From contig OZ024758.1 of the NCBI GenBank assembly GCA_964016885.1, positions 36,332,001-36,396,000 on the forward strand: 64,000 nt of DNA, read 5' to 3'. A program made the translations under genes and the position numbers. Shown here piece by piece: positions 39,901 to 52,900 of the stretch (its first letter is position 1; each line of letters begins with the position of its first letter). This stretch comes from Eledone cirrhosa (taxonomy: Eukaryota). Under the pieces are notes generated by a model. The model was not told the origin of the DNA. It saw only the letters and a list, made by a program, of their open reading frames with translations, and ran no database searches.

Positions 39901-42900
39901 TCATGGTATTAGCTGTCAGAAGTAACTCCAATGTTGGTGAGAATTCATTTAAGTTCATGGTATTAGCTGTCAGAAGTCACTCCACTGTTGGTGAGAATTC
40001 ATTTAAGTTCATGGTACTAGCTGTCAGAAGTAACCCCAATGTTGGTGAGAATTCATTTAAGTTCATGGTATTAGCTGTCAGAAGTCACTCCAATGTTGGT
40101 GAGAATTCATTTAAGTTCATGGTATTAGCTGTCAGAAGTAACTCCACTGTTGGTGAGAATTCATTTAAGTTCATGGTATTAGCTGTCAGAAGTAACTCCA
40201 CTGTTGGTGAGAATTCATTTAAGTTCATGGTATTAGCTGTCAGAAGGAACGCCACTGTTGGTGAGAATTCATTTAAATTCATGGTATTAGCTGTCAGAAG
40301 TAACTCCACTGTTGGTGAGAATTCATTTAAGTTCATGGTACTAGCTGTCAGAAGTAACTCCAATGTTGGTGAGAATTCATTTAAGTTCATGGTATTAGCT
40401 GTCAGAAGGAATTCCACTGTTGCTGAGAATTCATTTAAGTTCATGGTATTAGCTGTCAGAGGTAACTCCACTGTTGGTGAGAATTCATTTAAGTTCATGG
40501 TACTAGCTGTCAGAAGTAACTCCACTGTTGGTGAGAATTCATTTAAGTTCATGGTATTAGCTGTCAGAAGGAACGCCACTGTTGGTGAGAATTCATTTAA
40601 GTTCATGGTATTAGCTGTCAGAAGTCACTCCACTGTTGGTGAGAATACATTTAAGTTCATGGTACTAGCTGTCAGAAGTAACCCCAATGTTGGTGAGAAT
40701 TCATTTAAGTTCATGGTATTAGCTGTCAGAAGTAACTCCACTGTTGGTGAGAATTCATTTAAGTTCATGGTACTAGCTGTCAGAAGTAACTCCAATGTTG
40801 GTGAGAATTCATTTAAGTTCATGGTATTAGCTGTCAGAAGGAACTCCACTGTTGCTGAGAATTCATTTAAGTTCATGGTATTAGCTGTCAGAAGTAACTC
40901 CACTGTTGGTGAGAATTCATTTAAGTTCATGGTACTAGCTGTCAGAAGTCACTCCACTGTTGGTGAGAATACATTTAAGTTCATGGTACTAGCTGTCAGA
41001 AGTAACCCCAATGTTGGTGAGAATTCATTTAAGTTCATGGTATTAGCTGTCAGAAGTCACTCCAATGTTGGTGAGAATTCATTTAAGTTCATGGTATTAG
41101 CTGTCAGAAGTAACTCCACTGTTGGTAAGAATTCATTTAAGTTCATGGTATTAGCTGTCAGAAGTAACTCCACTGTTGGTGAGAATTCATTTAAGTTCAT
41201 GGTATTAGCTGTCAGAAGGAACGCCACTGTTGGTGAGAATTCATTTAAGTTCATGGTATTAGCTGTCAGAAGTAACTCCACTGTTGGTGAGAATTCATTT
41301 AAGTTCATGGTACTAGCTGTCAGAAGTAACTCCACTGTTGGTGAGAATTCATTTAAGTTCATGGTATTAGCTGTCAGAAGTCACTCCAATGTTGGTGAGA
41401 ATTCATTTAAGTTCATGGTACTAGCTGTCAGAAGTCACTCCACTGTTGGTGAGAATACATTTAAGTTCATGGTACTAGCTGTCAGAAGTAACCCCAATGT
41501 TGGTGAGAATTCATTTAAGTTCATGGTATTAGCTGTCAGAAGTCACTCCAATGTTGGTGAGAATTCATTTAAGTTCATGGTATTAGCTGTCAGAAGTAAC
41601 TCCACTGTTGGTAAGAATTCATTTAAGTTCATGGTATTAGCTGTCAGAAGTAACTCCACTGTTGGTGAGAATTCATTTAAGTTCATGGTATTAGCTGTCA
41701 GAAGGAACGCCACTGTTGGTGAGAATTCATTTAAGTTCATGGTATTAGCTGTCAGAAGTAACTCCACTGTTGGTGAGAATTCATTTAAGTTCATGGTACT
41801 AGCTGTCAGAAGTAACTCCACTGTTGGTGAGAATTCATTTAAGTTCATGGTATTAGCTGTCAGAAGTCACTCCATTGTTGGTGAGAATTCATTTAAGTTC
41901 ATGGTATTAGCTGTCAGATGTCACTCCACTGTTGGTGAGAATTCATTTAAGTTCATGGTACTAGCTGTCAGAAGTAACCCCAATGTTGGTGAGAATTCAT
42001 TTAAGTTCATGGTATTAGCTGTCAGAAGTCACTCCAATGTTGGTGAGAATTCATTTAAGTTCATGGTATTACCTGTCAGAAGTCACTCCAATGTTGGTGA
42101 GAATTCATTTAAGTTCATGGTATTAGCTGTCAGAAGTCACTCCACTGTTGGTGAGAATTCATTTAAGTTCATGGTACTAGCTGTCAGAAGTAACCCCAAT
42201 GTTGGTGAGAATTCATTTAAGTTCATGGTATTAGCTGTCAGAAGTCACTCCAATGTTGGTGAGAATTCATTTAAGTTCATGGTATTAGCTGTCAGAAGTA
42301 ACTCCACTGTTGGTGAGAATTCATTTAAGTTCATGGTATTAGCTGTCAGAAGGAACGCCACTGTTGGTGAGAATTCATTTAAATTCATGGTATTAGCTGT
42401 CAGAAGTAACTCCACTGTTGGTGAGAATTCATTTAAGTTCATGGTACTAGCTGTCAGAAGTAACTCCAATGTTGGTGAGAATTCATTTAAGTTCATGGTA
42501 TTAGCTGTCAGAAGGAATTCCACTGTTGCTGAGAATTCATTTAAGTTCATGGTATTAGCTGTCAGAGGTAACTCCACTGTTGGTGAGAATTCATTTAAGT
42601 TCATGGTACTAGCTGTCAGAAGTAACTCCACTGTTGGTGAGAATTCATTTAAGTTCATGGTATTAGCTGTCAGAAGGAACGCCACTGTTGGTGAGAATTC
42701 ATTTAAGTTCATGGTATTAGCTGTCAGAAGTCACTCCACTGTTGGTGAGAATACATTTAAGTTCATGGTACTAGCTGTCAGAAGTAACCCCAATGTTGGT
42801 GAGAATTCATTTAAGTTCATGGTATTAGCTGTCAGAAGTAACTCCACTGTTGGTGAGAATTCATTTAAGTTCATGGTACTAGCTGTCAGAAGTAACTCCA

Positions 42901-43950
42901 ATGTTGGTGAGAATTCATTTAAGTTCATGGTATTAGCTGTCAGAAGGAACTCCACTGTTGCTGAGAATTCATTTAAGTTCATGGTATTAGCTGTCAGAAG
43001 TAACTCCACTGTTGGTGAGAATTCATTTAAGTTCATGGTATTAGCTGTCAGAAGGAACGCCACTGTTGGTGAGAATTCATTTAAGTTCATGGTATTAGCT
43101 GTCAGAAGTAACTCCACTGTTGGTGAGAATTCATTTAAGTTCATGGTACTAGCTGTCAGAAGTAACTCCACTGTTGGTGAGAATTCATTTAAGTTCATGG
43201 TATTAGCTGTCAGAAGTCACTCCAATGTTGGTGAGAATTCATTTAAGTTCATGGTATTAGCTGTCAGAAGTCACTCCACTGTTGGTGAGAATTCATTTAA
43301 GTTCATGGTACTAGCTGTCAGAAGTAACCCCAATGTTGGTGAGAATTCATTTAAGTTCATGGTATTAGCTGTCAGAAGTCACTCCAATGTTGGTGAGAAT
43401 TCATTTAAGTTCATGGTATTACCTGTCAGAAGTCACTCCAATGTTGGTGAGAATTCATTTAAGTTCATGGTATTAGCTGTCAGAAGTCACTCCACTGTTG
43501 GTGAGAATTCATTTAAGTTCATGGTACTAGCTGTCAGAAGTAACCCCAATGTTGGTGAGAATTCATTTAAGTTCATGGTATTAGCTGTCAGAAGTAACTC
43601 CACTGTTGGTGAGAATTCATTTAAGTTCATGGTATTAGCTGTCAGAAGTCACTCCACTGTTGGTGAGAATTCATTTAAGTTCATGGTACTAGCTGTCAGA
43701 AGTAACCCCAATGTTGGTGAGAATTCATTTAAGTTCATGGTATTAGCTGTCAGAAGTCACTCCAATGTTGGTGAGAATTCATTTAAGTTCATGGTATTAG
43801 CTGTCAGAAGTAACTCCACTGTTGGTGAGAATTCATTTAAGTTCATGGTATTAGCTGTCAGAAGTAACTCCACTGTTGGTGAGAATTCATTTAAGTTCAT
43901 GGTATTAGCTGTCAGAAGTAACTCCACTGTTGGTGAGAATTCATTTAAGT
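39901..43950. repeat. Longest indel-free run (75 monomers), with internal 39-mer and 25-mer offset duplications
   Basis: There is no 53/55-bp junction between 39903 and 43952. agaGgt occurs at 40461/42567 (2106 = 39x54) and ttaCct at 42072/43422 (1350 = 25x54). Confidence 0.88.
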
Positions 43951-46900
43951 CATGGTATTAGCTGTCAGAAGTAACTCCAATGTTGGTGAGAATTCATTTA
44001 AGTTCATGGTATTAGCTGTCAGAAGTAACTCCACTGTTGGTGAGAATTCATTTAAGTTCATGGGATTAGCTGTCAGAAGTAACTCCACTGTTGGTGAGAA
44101 TTCATTTAAGTTCATGGTATTAGCTGTCAGAAGTAACTCCACTGTTGGTGAGAATTCATTTAAGTCATGGTATTAGCTGTCAGAAGTAACTCCAATGTTG
44201 GTGAGAATTCATTTAAGTTCATGGTATTAGCTGTCAGAAGTCACTCCACTGTTGGTGAGAATTCATTTAAGTTCATGGTACTAGCTGTCAGAAGTAACCC
44301 CAATGTTGGTGAGAATTCATTTAAGTTCATGGTATTAGCTGTCAGAAGTCACTCCAATGTTGGTGAGAATTCATTTAAGTTCATGGTATTAGCTGTCAGA
44401 AGTAACTCCACTGTTGGTGAGAATTCATTTAAGTTCATGGTATTAGCTGTCAGAAGTAACTCCACTGTTGGTGAGAATTCATTTAAGTTCATGGTATTAG
44501 CTGTCAGAAGTAACTCCACTGTTGGTGAGAATTCATTTAAGTTCATGGTATTAGCTGTCAGAAGGAACTCCAATGTTGGTGAGAATTCATTTAAGTCATG
44601 GTACTAGCTGTCAGAAGTAACTCCACTGTTGGTGAGAATTCATTTAAGTTCATGGTATTAGCTGTCAGAAGGAACGCCACTGTTGGTGAGAATTCATTTC
44701 AATTCATGGTATTAGCTGTCAGAAGTAACTCCACTGTTGGTGAGAATTCATTTAAGTTCATGGTACTAGCTGTCAGAAGTAACTCCAATGTTGGTGAGAA
44801 TTCATTTAAGTTCATGGTATTAGCTGTCAGAAGTAACTCCACTGTTGGTGAGAATTCATTTAAGTTCATGGTATTAGCTGTCAGAAGTCACTCCAATGTT
44901 GGTGAGAATTCATTTAAGTCATGGTACTAGCTGTCAGAAGTAACTCCACTGTTGGTGAGAATTCATTTAAGTTCATTGTATTAGCTGTCAGAAGGAACGC
45001 CACTGTTGGTGAGAATTCATTTAAGTTCATGGTATTAGCTGTCAGAAGTAACTCCACTGTTGGTGAGAATTCATTTAAGTTCATGGTATTGGCTGTCAAA
45101 AGTAACTCCAATGTTGGTGAGAATTCATTTAAGTTCATGGTATTAGCTGTCAGAAGGAACTCCACTGTTGCTGAGAATTCATTTAAATTCATGGTATTAG
45201 CTGTCAGAAGTAACTCCACTGTTGGTGAGAATTCATTTAAGTTCATGGTACTAGCTGTCAGAAGTCACTCCACTGTTGGTGAGAATACATTTAAGTTCAT
45301 GGTACTAGCTGTCAGAAGTAACCCCAATGTTGGTGAGAATTCATTTAAGTTCATGGTATTAGCTGTCAGAAGTCACTCCAATGTTGGTGAGAATTCATTT
45401 AAGTTCATGGTATTAGCTGTCAGAAGTAACTCCACTGTTGGTAAGAATTCATTTAAGTTCATGGTATTAGCTGTCAGAAGTAACTCCACTGTTGGTGAGA
45501 ATTCATTTAAGTTCATGGTATTAGCTGTCAGAAGGAACGCCACTGTTGGTGAGAATTCATTTAAGTTCATGGTATTAGCTGTCAGAAGTAACTCCACTGT
45601 TGGTGAGAATTCATTTAAGTTCATGGTACTAGCTGTCAGAAGTAACTAAACTGTTGGTGAGATTTCATTTAAGTTCATGGTATTAGCTGTCAGAAGTCAC
45701 TCCAATGTTGGTGAGAATTCATTTAAGTTCATGGTATTAGCTGTCAGAAGTCACTCCACTGTTGGTGAGAATTCATTTAACTTCATGGTACTAGCTGTCA
45801 GAAGTAACCCCAATGTTGGTGAGAATTCATTTAAGTTCATGGTATTAGCTGTCAGAAGTCACTCCAATGTTGGTGAGAATTCATTTAAGTTCATGGTATT
45901 AGCTGTCAGAAGTAACTCCACTGTTGGTGAGAATTCATTTAAGTTCATGGTATTAGCTGTCAGAAGTAACTCCACTGTTGGTGAGAATTCATTTAAGTTC
46001 ATGGTATTAGCTGTCAGAAGTAACTCCACTGTTGGTGAGAATTCATTTAAGTCATGGTATTAGCTGTCAGAAGTAACTCCAATGTTGGTGAGAATTCATT
46101 TAAGTTCATGGTATTAGCTGTCAGAAGTCACTCCACTGTTGGTGAGAATTCATTTAAGTTCATGGTACTAGCTGTCAGAAGTAACCCCAATGTTGGTGAG
46201 AATTCATTTAAGTTCATGGTATTAGCTGTCAGAAGTCACTCCAATGTTGGTGAGAATTCATTTAAGTTCATGGTATTAGCTGTCAGAAGTAACTCCACTG
46301 TTGGTGAGAATTCATTTAAGTTCATGGTATTAGCTGTCAGAAGTAACTCCACTGTTGGTGAGAATTCATTTAAGTTCATGGTATTAGCTGTCAGAAGTAA
46401 CTCCACTGTTGGTGAGAATTCATTTAAGTTCATGGTATTAGCTGTCAGAAGTAACTCCACTGTTGGTGAGAATTCATTTAAGTTCATGGTATTAGCTGTC
46501 AGAAGGAACGCCACTGTTGGTGAGAATTCATTTAAATTCATGGTATTAGCTGTCAGAAGTAACTCCACTGTTGGTGAGAATTCATTTAAGTTCATGGTAC
46601 TAGCTGTCAGAAGTAACTCCAATGTTGGTGAGAATTCATTTAAGTTCATGGTATTAGCTGTCAGAAGGAATTCCACTGTTGCTGAGAATTCATTTAAGTT
46701 CATGGTATTAGCTGTCAGAAGTAACTCCACTGTTGGTGAGAATTCATTTAAGTTCATGGTACTAGCTGTCAGAAGTAACTCCACTGTTGGTGAGAATTCA
46801 TTTAAGTTCATGGTATTAGCTGTCAGAAGTCACTCCAATGTTGGTGAGAATTCATTTAAGTTCATGGTATTAGCTGTCAGAAGTCACTCCACTGTTGGTG

Positions 46901-49900
46901 AGAATTCATTTAAGTTCATGGTACTAGCTGTCAGAAGTAACCCCAATGTTGGTGAGAATTCATTTAAGTTCATGGTATTAGCTGTCAGAAGTCACTCCAA
47001 TGTTGGTGAGAATTCATTTAAGTTCATGGTATTAGCTGTCAGAAGTAACTCCACTGTTGGTGAGAATTCATTTAAGTTCATGGTATTAGTTTGTCAGAAG
47101 TAACTCCACTGTTGGTGAGAATTCATTTAAGTCATGGTATTAGTTGTCAGAAGTAACTCCACTGTTGGTGAGAATTCATTTAAGTTCATGGTATTAGCTG
47201 TCAGAAGGAACGCCACTGTTGGTGAGAATTCATTTAAATTCATGGTATTAGCTGTCAGAAGTAACTCCACTGTTGGTGAGAATTCATTTAAGTTCATGGT
47301 ACTAGCTGTCAGAAGTAACTCCAATGTTGGTGAGAATTCATTTAAGTTCATGGTATTAGCTGTCAGAAGTAACTCCACTGTTGGTGAGAATTCATTTAAG
47401 TTCATGGTATTAGCTGTCAGAAGTCACTCCAATGTTGGTGAGAATTCATTTAAGTCATGGTACTAGCTGTCAGAAGTAACTCCACTGTTGGTGAGAATTC
47501 ATTTAAGTTCATTGTATTAGCTGTCAGAAGGAACGCCACTGTTGGTGAGAATTCATTTAAGTTCATGGTATTAGCTGTCAGAAGTAACTCCACTGTTGGT
47601 GAGAATTCATTTAAGTTCATGGTACTAGCTGTCAGAAGTAACTCCAATGTTGGTGAGAATTCATTTAAGTTCATGGTATTAGCTGTCAGAAGGAACTCCA
47701 CTGTTGCTGAGAATTCATTTAAGTTCATGGTATTAGCTGTCAGAAGTAACTCCACTGTTGGTGAGAATTCATTTAAGTTCATGGTACTAGCTGTCAGAAG
47801 TAACTCCACTGTTGGTGAGAATTCATTTAAGTTCATGGTATTAGCTGTCAGAAGTAACTCCACTGTTGGTGAGAATTCATTTAAGTTCATGGTATTAGCT
47901 GTCAGAAGTAACTCCACTGTTGGTGAGAATTCATTTAAGTTCATGGTATTAGCTGTCAGAAGTAACTCCACTGTTGGTGAGAATTCATTTAAGTTCATGG
48001 TATTAGCTGTCAGAAGGAACGCCACTGTTGGTGAGAATTCATTTAAATTCATGGTATTAGCTGTCAGAAGTAACTCCACTGTTGGTGAGAATTCATTTAA
48101 GTTCATGGTACTAGCTGTCAGAAGTAACTCCAATGTTGGTGAGAATTCATTTAAGTTCATGGTATTAGCTGTCAGAAGGAATTCCACTGTTGCTGAGAAT
48201 TCATTTAAGTTCATGGTATTAGCTGTCAGAAGTAACTCCACTGTTGGTGAGAATTCATTTAAGTTCATGGTACTAGCTGTCAGAAGTAACTCCACTGTTG
48301 GTGAGAATTCATTTAAGTTCATGGTATTAGCTGTCAGAAGTCACTCCAATGTTGGTGAGAATTCATTTAAGTTCATGGTATTAGCTGTCAGAAGTCACTC
48401 CACTGTTGGTGAGAATTCATTTAAGTTCATGGTACTAGCTGTCAGAAGTAACCCCAATGTTGGTGAGAATTCATTTAAGTTCATGGTATTAGCTGTCAGA
48501 TGTCACTCCAATGTTGGTGAGAATTCATTTAAGTTCATGGTATTAGCTGTCAGAAGTAACTCTACTGTTGGTGAGAATTCATTTAAGTTCATGGTATTAG
48601 TTTGTCAGAAGTAACTCCACTGTTGGTGACAATTCATTTAAGTCATGGTATTAGTTGTCAGAAGTAACTCCAATGTTGGTGAGAATTCATTTAAGTTCAT
48701 GGTATTAGCTGTCAGAAGGAACTCCACTGTTGGTGAGAATTCATTTAAGTTCATGGTATTAGCTGTCAGAAGGAACTCCAATGTTGGTGAGAATTCATTT
48801 AAGTCATGGTACTAGCTGTCAGATGTAACTCCACTGTTGGTGAGAATTCATTTAAGTTCATGGTATTAGCTGTCAGAAGGAACGCCACTGTTGGTGAGAA
48901 TTCATTTAAATTCATGGTATTAGCTGTCAGAAGTAACTCCACTGTTGGTGAGAATTCATTTAAGTTCATGGTACTAGCTGTCAGAAGTAACTCCAATGTT
49001 GGTGAGAATTCATTTAAGTTCATGGTATTAGCTGTCAGAAGTAACTCCACTGTTGGTGAGAATTCATTTAAGTTCATGGTATTAGCTGTCAGAAGTCACT
49101 CCAATGTTGGTGAGAATTCATTTAAGTCATGGTACTAGCTGTCAGAAGTAACTCCACTGTTGGTGAGAATTCATTTAAGTTCATTGTATTAGCTGTCAGA
49201 AGGAACGCCACTGTTGGTGAGAATTCATTTAAGTTCATGGTATTAGCTGTCAGAAGTAACTCCACTGTTGGTGAGAATTCATTTAAGTTCATGGTACTAG
49301 CTGTCAGAAGTAACTCCAATGTTGGTGAGAATTCATTTAAGTTCATGGTATTAGCTGTCAGAAGGAACTCCACTGTTGCTGAGAATTCATTTAAGTTCAT
49401 GGTATTACCTGTCAGAAGTCACTCCAATGTTGGTGAGAATTCATTTAAGTTCATGGTATTAGCTGTCAGAAGTCACTCCACTGTTGGTGAGAATTCATTT
49501 AAGTTCATGGTACTAGCTGTCAGAAGTAACCCCAATGTTGGTGAGAATTCATTTAAGTTCATGGTATTAGCTGTCAGAAGTAACTCCACTGTTGGTGAGA
49601 ATTCATTTAAGTTCATGGTATTAGCTGTCAGAAGTCACTCCACTGTTGGTGAGAATTCATTTAAGTTCATGGTACTAGCTGTCAGAAGTAACCCCAATGT
49701 TGGTGAGAATTCATTTAAGTTCATGGTATTAGCTGTCAGAAGTCACTCCAATGTTGGTGAGAATTCATTTAAGTTCATGGTATTAGCTGTCAGAAGTAAC
49801 TCCACTGTTGGTGAGAATTCATTTAAGTTCATGGTATTAGCTGTCAGAAGTAACTCCACTGTTGGTGAGAATTCATTTAAGTTCATGGTATTAGCTGTCA

Positions 49901-52900
49901 GAAGTAACTCCACTGTTGGTGAGAATTCATTTAAGTCATGGTATTAGCTGTCAGAAGTAACTCCAATGTTGGTGAGAATTCATTTAAGTTCATGGTATTA
50001 GCTGTCAGAAGTAACTCCACTGTTGGTGAGAATTCATTTAAGTTCATGGGATTAGCTGTCAGAAGTAACTCCACTGTTGGTGAGAATTCATTTAAGTTCA
50101 TGGTATTAGCTGTCAGAAGTAACTCCACTGTTGGTGAGAATTCATTTAAGTCATGGTATTAGCTGTCAGAAGTAACTCCAATGTTGGTGAGAATTCATTT
50201 AAGTTCATGGTATTAGCTGTCAGAAGTCACTCCACTGTTGGTGAGAATTCATTTAAGTTCATGGTACTAGCTGTCAGAAGTAACCCCAATGTTGGTGAGA
50301 ATTCATTTAAGTTCATGGTATTAGCTGTCAGAAGTCACTCCAATGTTGGTGAGAATTCATTTAAGTTCATGGTATTAGCTGTCAGAAGTAACTCCACTGT
50401 TGGTGAGAATTCATTTAAGTTCATGGTATTAGCTGTCAGAAGTAACTCCACTGTTGGTGAGAATTCATTTAAGTTCATGGTATTAGCTGTCAGAAGTAAC
50501 TCCACTGTTGGTGAGAATTCATTTAAGTTCATGGTATTAGCTGTCAGAAGGAACTCCAATGTTGGTGAGAATTCATTTAAGTCATGGTACTAGCTGTCAG
50601 AAGTAACTCCACTGTTGGTGAGAATTCATTTAAGTTCATGGTATTAGCTGTCAGAAGGAACGCCACTGTTGGTGAGAATTCATTTCAATTCATGGTATTA
50701 GCTGTCAGAAGTAACTCCACTGTTGGTGAGAATTCATTTAAGTTCATGGTACTAGCTGTCAGAAGTAACTCCAATGTTGGTGAGAATTCATTTAAGTTCA
50801 TGGTATTAGCTGTCAGAAGTAACTCCACTGTTGGTGAGAATTCATTTAAGTTCATGGTATTAGCTGTCAGAAGTCACTCCAATGTTGGTGAGAATTCATT
50901 TAAGTCATGGTACTAGCTGTCAGAAGTAACTCCACTGTTGGTGAGAATTCATTTAAGTTCATTGTATTAGCTGTCAGAAGGAACGCCACTGTTGGTGAGA
51001 ATTCATTTAAGTTCATGGTATTAGCTGTCAGAAGTAACTCCACTGTTGGTGAGAATTCATTTAAGTTCATGGTATTGGCTGTCAAAAGTAACTCCAATGT
51101 TGGTGAGAATTCATTTAAGTTCATGGTATTAGCTGTCAGAAGGAACTCCACTGTTGCTGAGAATTCATTTAAATTCATGGTATTAGCTGTCAGAAGTAAC
51201 TCCACTGTTGGTGAGAATTCATTTAAGTTCATGGTACTAGCTGTCAGAAGTCACTCCACTGTTGGTGAGAATACATTTAAGTTCATGGTACTAGCTGTCA
51301 GAAGTAACCCCAATGTTGGTGAGAATTCATTTAAGTTCATGGTATTAGCTGTCAGAAGTCACTCCAATGTTGGTGAGAATTCATTTAAGTTCATGGTATT
51401 AGCTGTCAGAAGTAACTCCACTGTTGGTAAGAATTCATTTAAGTTCATGGTATTAGCTGTCAGAAGTAACTCCACTGTTGGTGAGAATTCATTTAAGTTC
51501 ATGGTATTAGCTGTCAGAAGGAACGCCACTGTTGGTGAGAATTCATTTAAGTTCATGGTATTAGCTGTCAGAAGTAACTCCACTGTTGGTGAGAATTCAT
51601 TTAAGTTCATGGTACTAGCTGTCAGAAGTAACTAAACTGTTGGTGAGATTTCATTTAAGTTCATGGTATTAGCTGTCAGAAGTCACTCCAATGTTGGTGA
51701 GAATTCATTTAAGTTCATGGTATTAGCTGTCAGAAGTCACTCCACTGTTGGTGAGAATTCATTTAAGTTCATGGTACTAGCTGTCAGAAGTAACCCCAAT
51801 GTTGGTGAGAATTCATTTAAGTTCATGGTATTAGCTGTCAGAAGTCACTCCAATGTTGGTGAGAATTCATTTAAGTTCATGGTATTAGCTGTCAGAAGTA
51901 ACTCCACTGTTGGTGAGAATTCATTTAAGTTCATGGTATTAGCTGTCAGAAGTAACTCCACTGTTGGTGAGAATTCATTTAAGTTCATGGTATTAGCTGT
52001 CAGAAGTAACTCCACTGTTGGTGAGAATTCATTTAAGTCATGGTATTAGCTGTCAGAAGTAACTCCAATGTTGGTGAGAATTCATTTAAGTTCATGGTAT
52101 TAGCTGTCAGAAGTCACTCCACTGTTGGTGAGAATTCATTTAAGTTCATGGTACTAGCTGTCAGAAGTAACCCCAATGTTGGTGAGAATTCATTTAAGTT
52201 CATGGTATTAGCTGTCAGAAGTCACTCCAATGTTGGTGAGAATTCATTTAAGTTCATGGTATTAGCTGTCAGAAGTAACTCCACTGTTGGTGAGAATTCA
52301 TTTAAGTTCATGGTATTAGCTGTCAGAAGTAACTCCACTGTTGGTGAGAATTCATTTAAGTTCATGGTATTAGCTGTCAGAAGTAACTCCACTGTTGGTG
52401 AGAATTCATTTAAGTTCATGGTATTAGCTGTCAGAAGTAACTCCACTGTTGGTGAGAATTCATTTAAGTTCATGGTATTAGCTGTCAGAAGGAACGCCAC
52501 TGTTGGTGAGAATTCATTTAAATTCATGGTATTAGCTGTCAGAAGTAACTCCACTGTTGGTGAGAATTCATTTAAGTTCATGGTACTAGCTGTCAGAAGT
52601 AACTCCAATGTTGGTGAGAATTCATTTAAGTTCATGGTATTAGCTGTCAGAAGGAATTCCACTGTTGCTGAGAATTCATTTAAGTTCATGGTATTAGCTG
52701 TCAGAAGTAACTCCACTGTTGGTGAGAATTCATTTAAGTTCATGGTACTAGCTGTCAGAAGTAACTCCACTGTTGGTGAGAATTCATTTAAGTTCATGGT
52801 ATTAGCTGTCAGAAGTCACTCCAATGTTGGTGAGAATTCATTTAAGTTCATGGTATTAGCTGTCAGAAGTCACTCCACTGTTGGTGAGAATTCATTTAAG

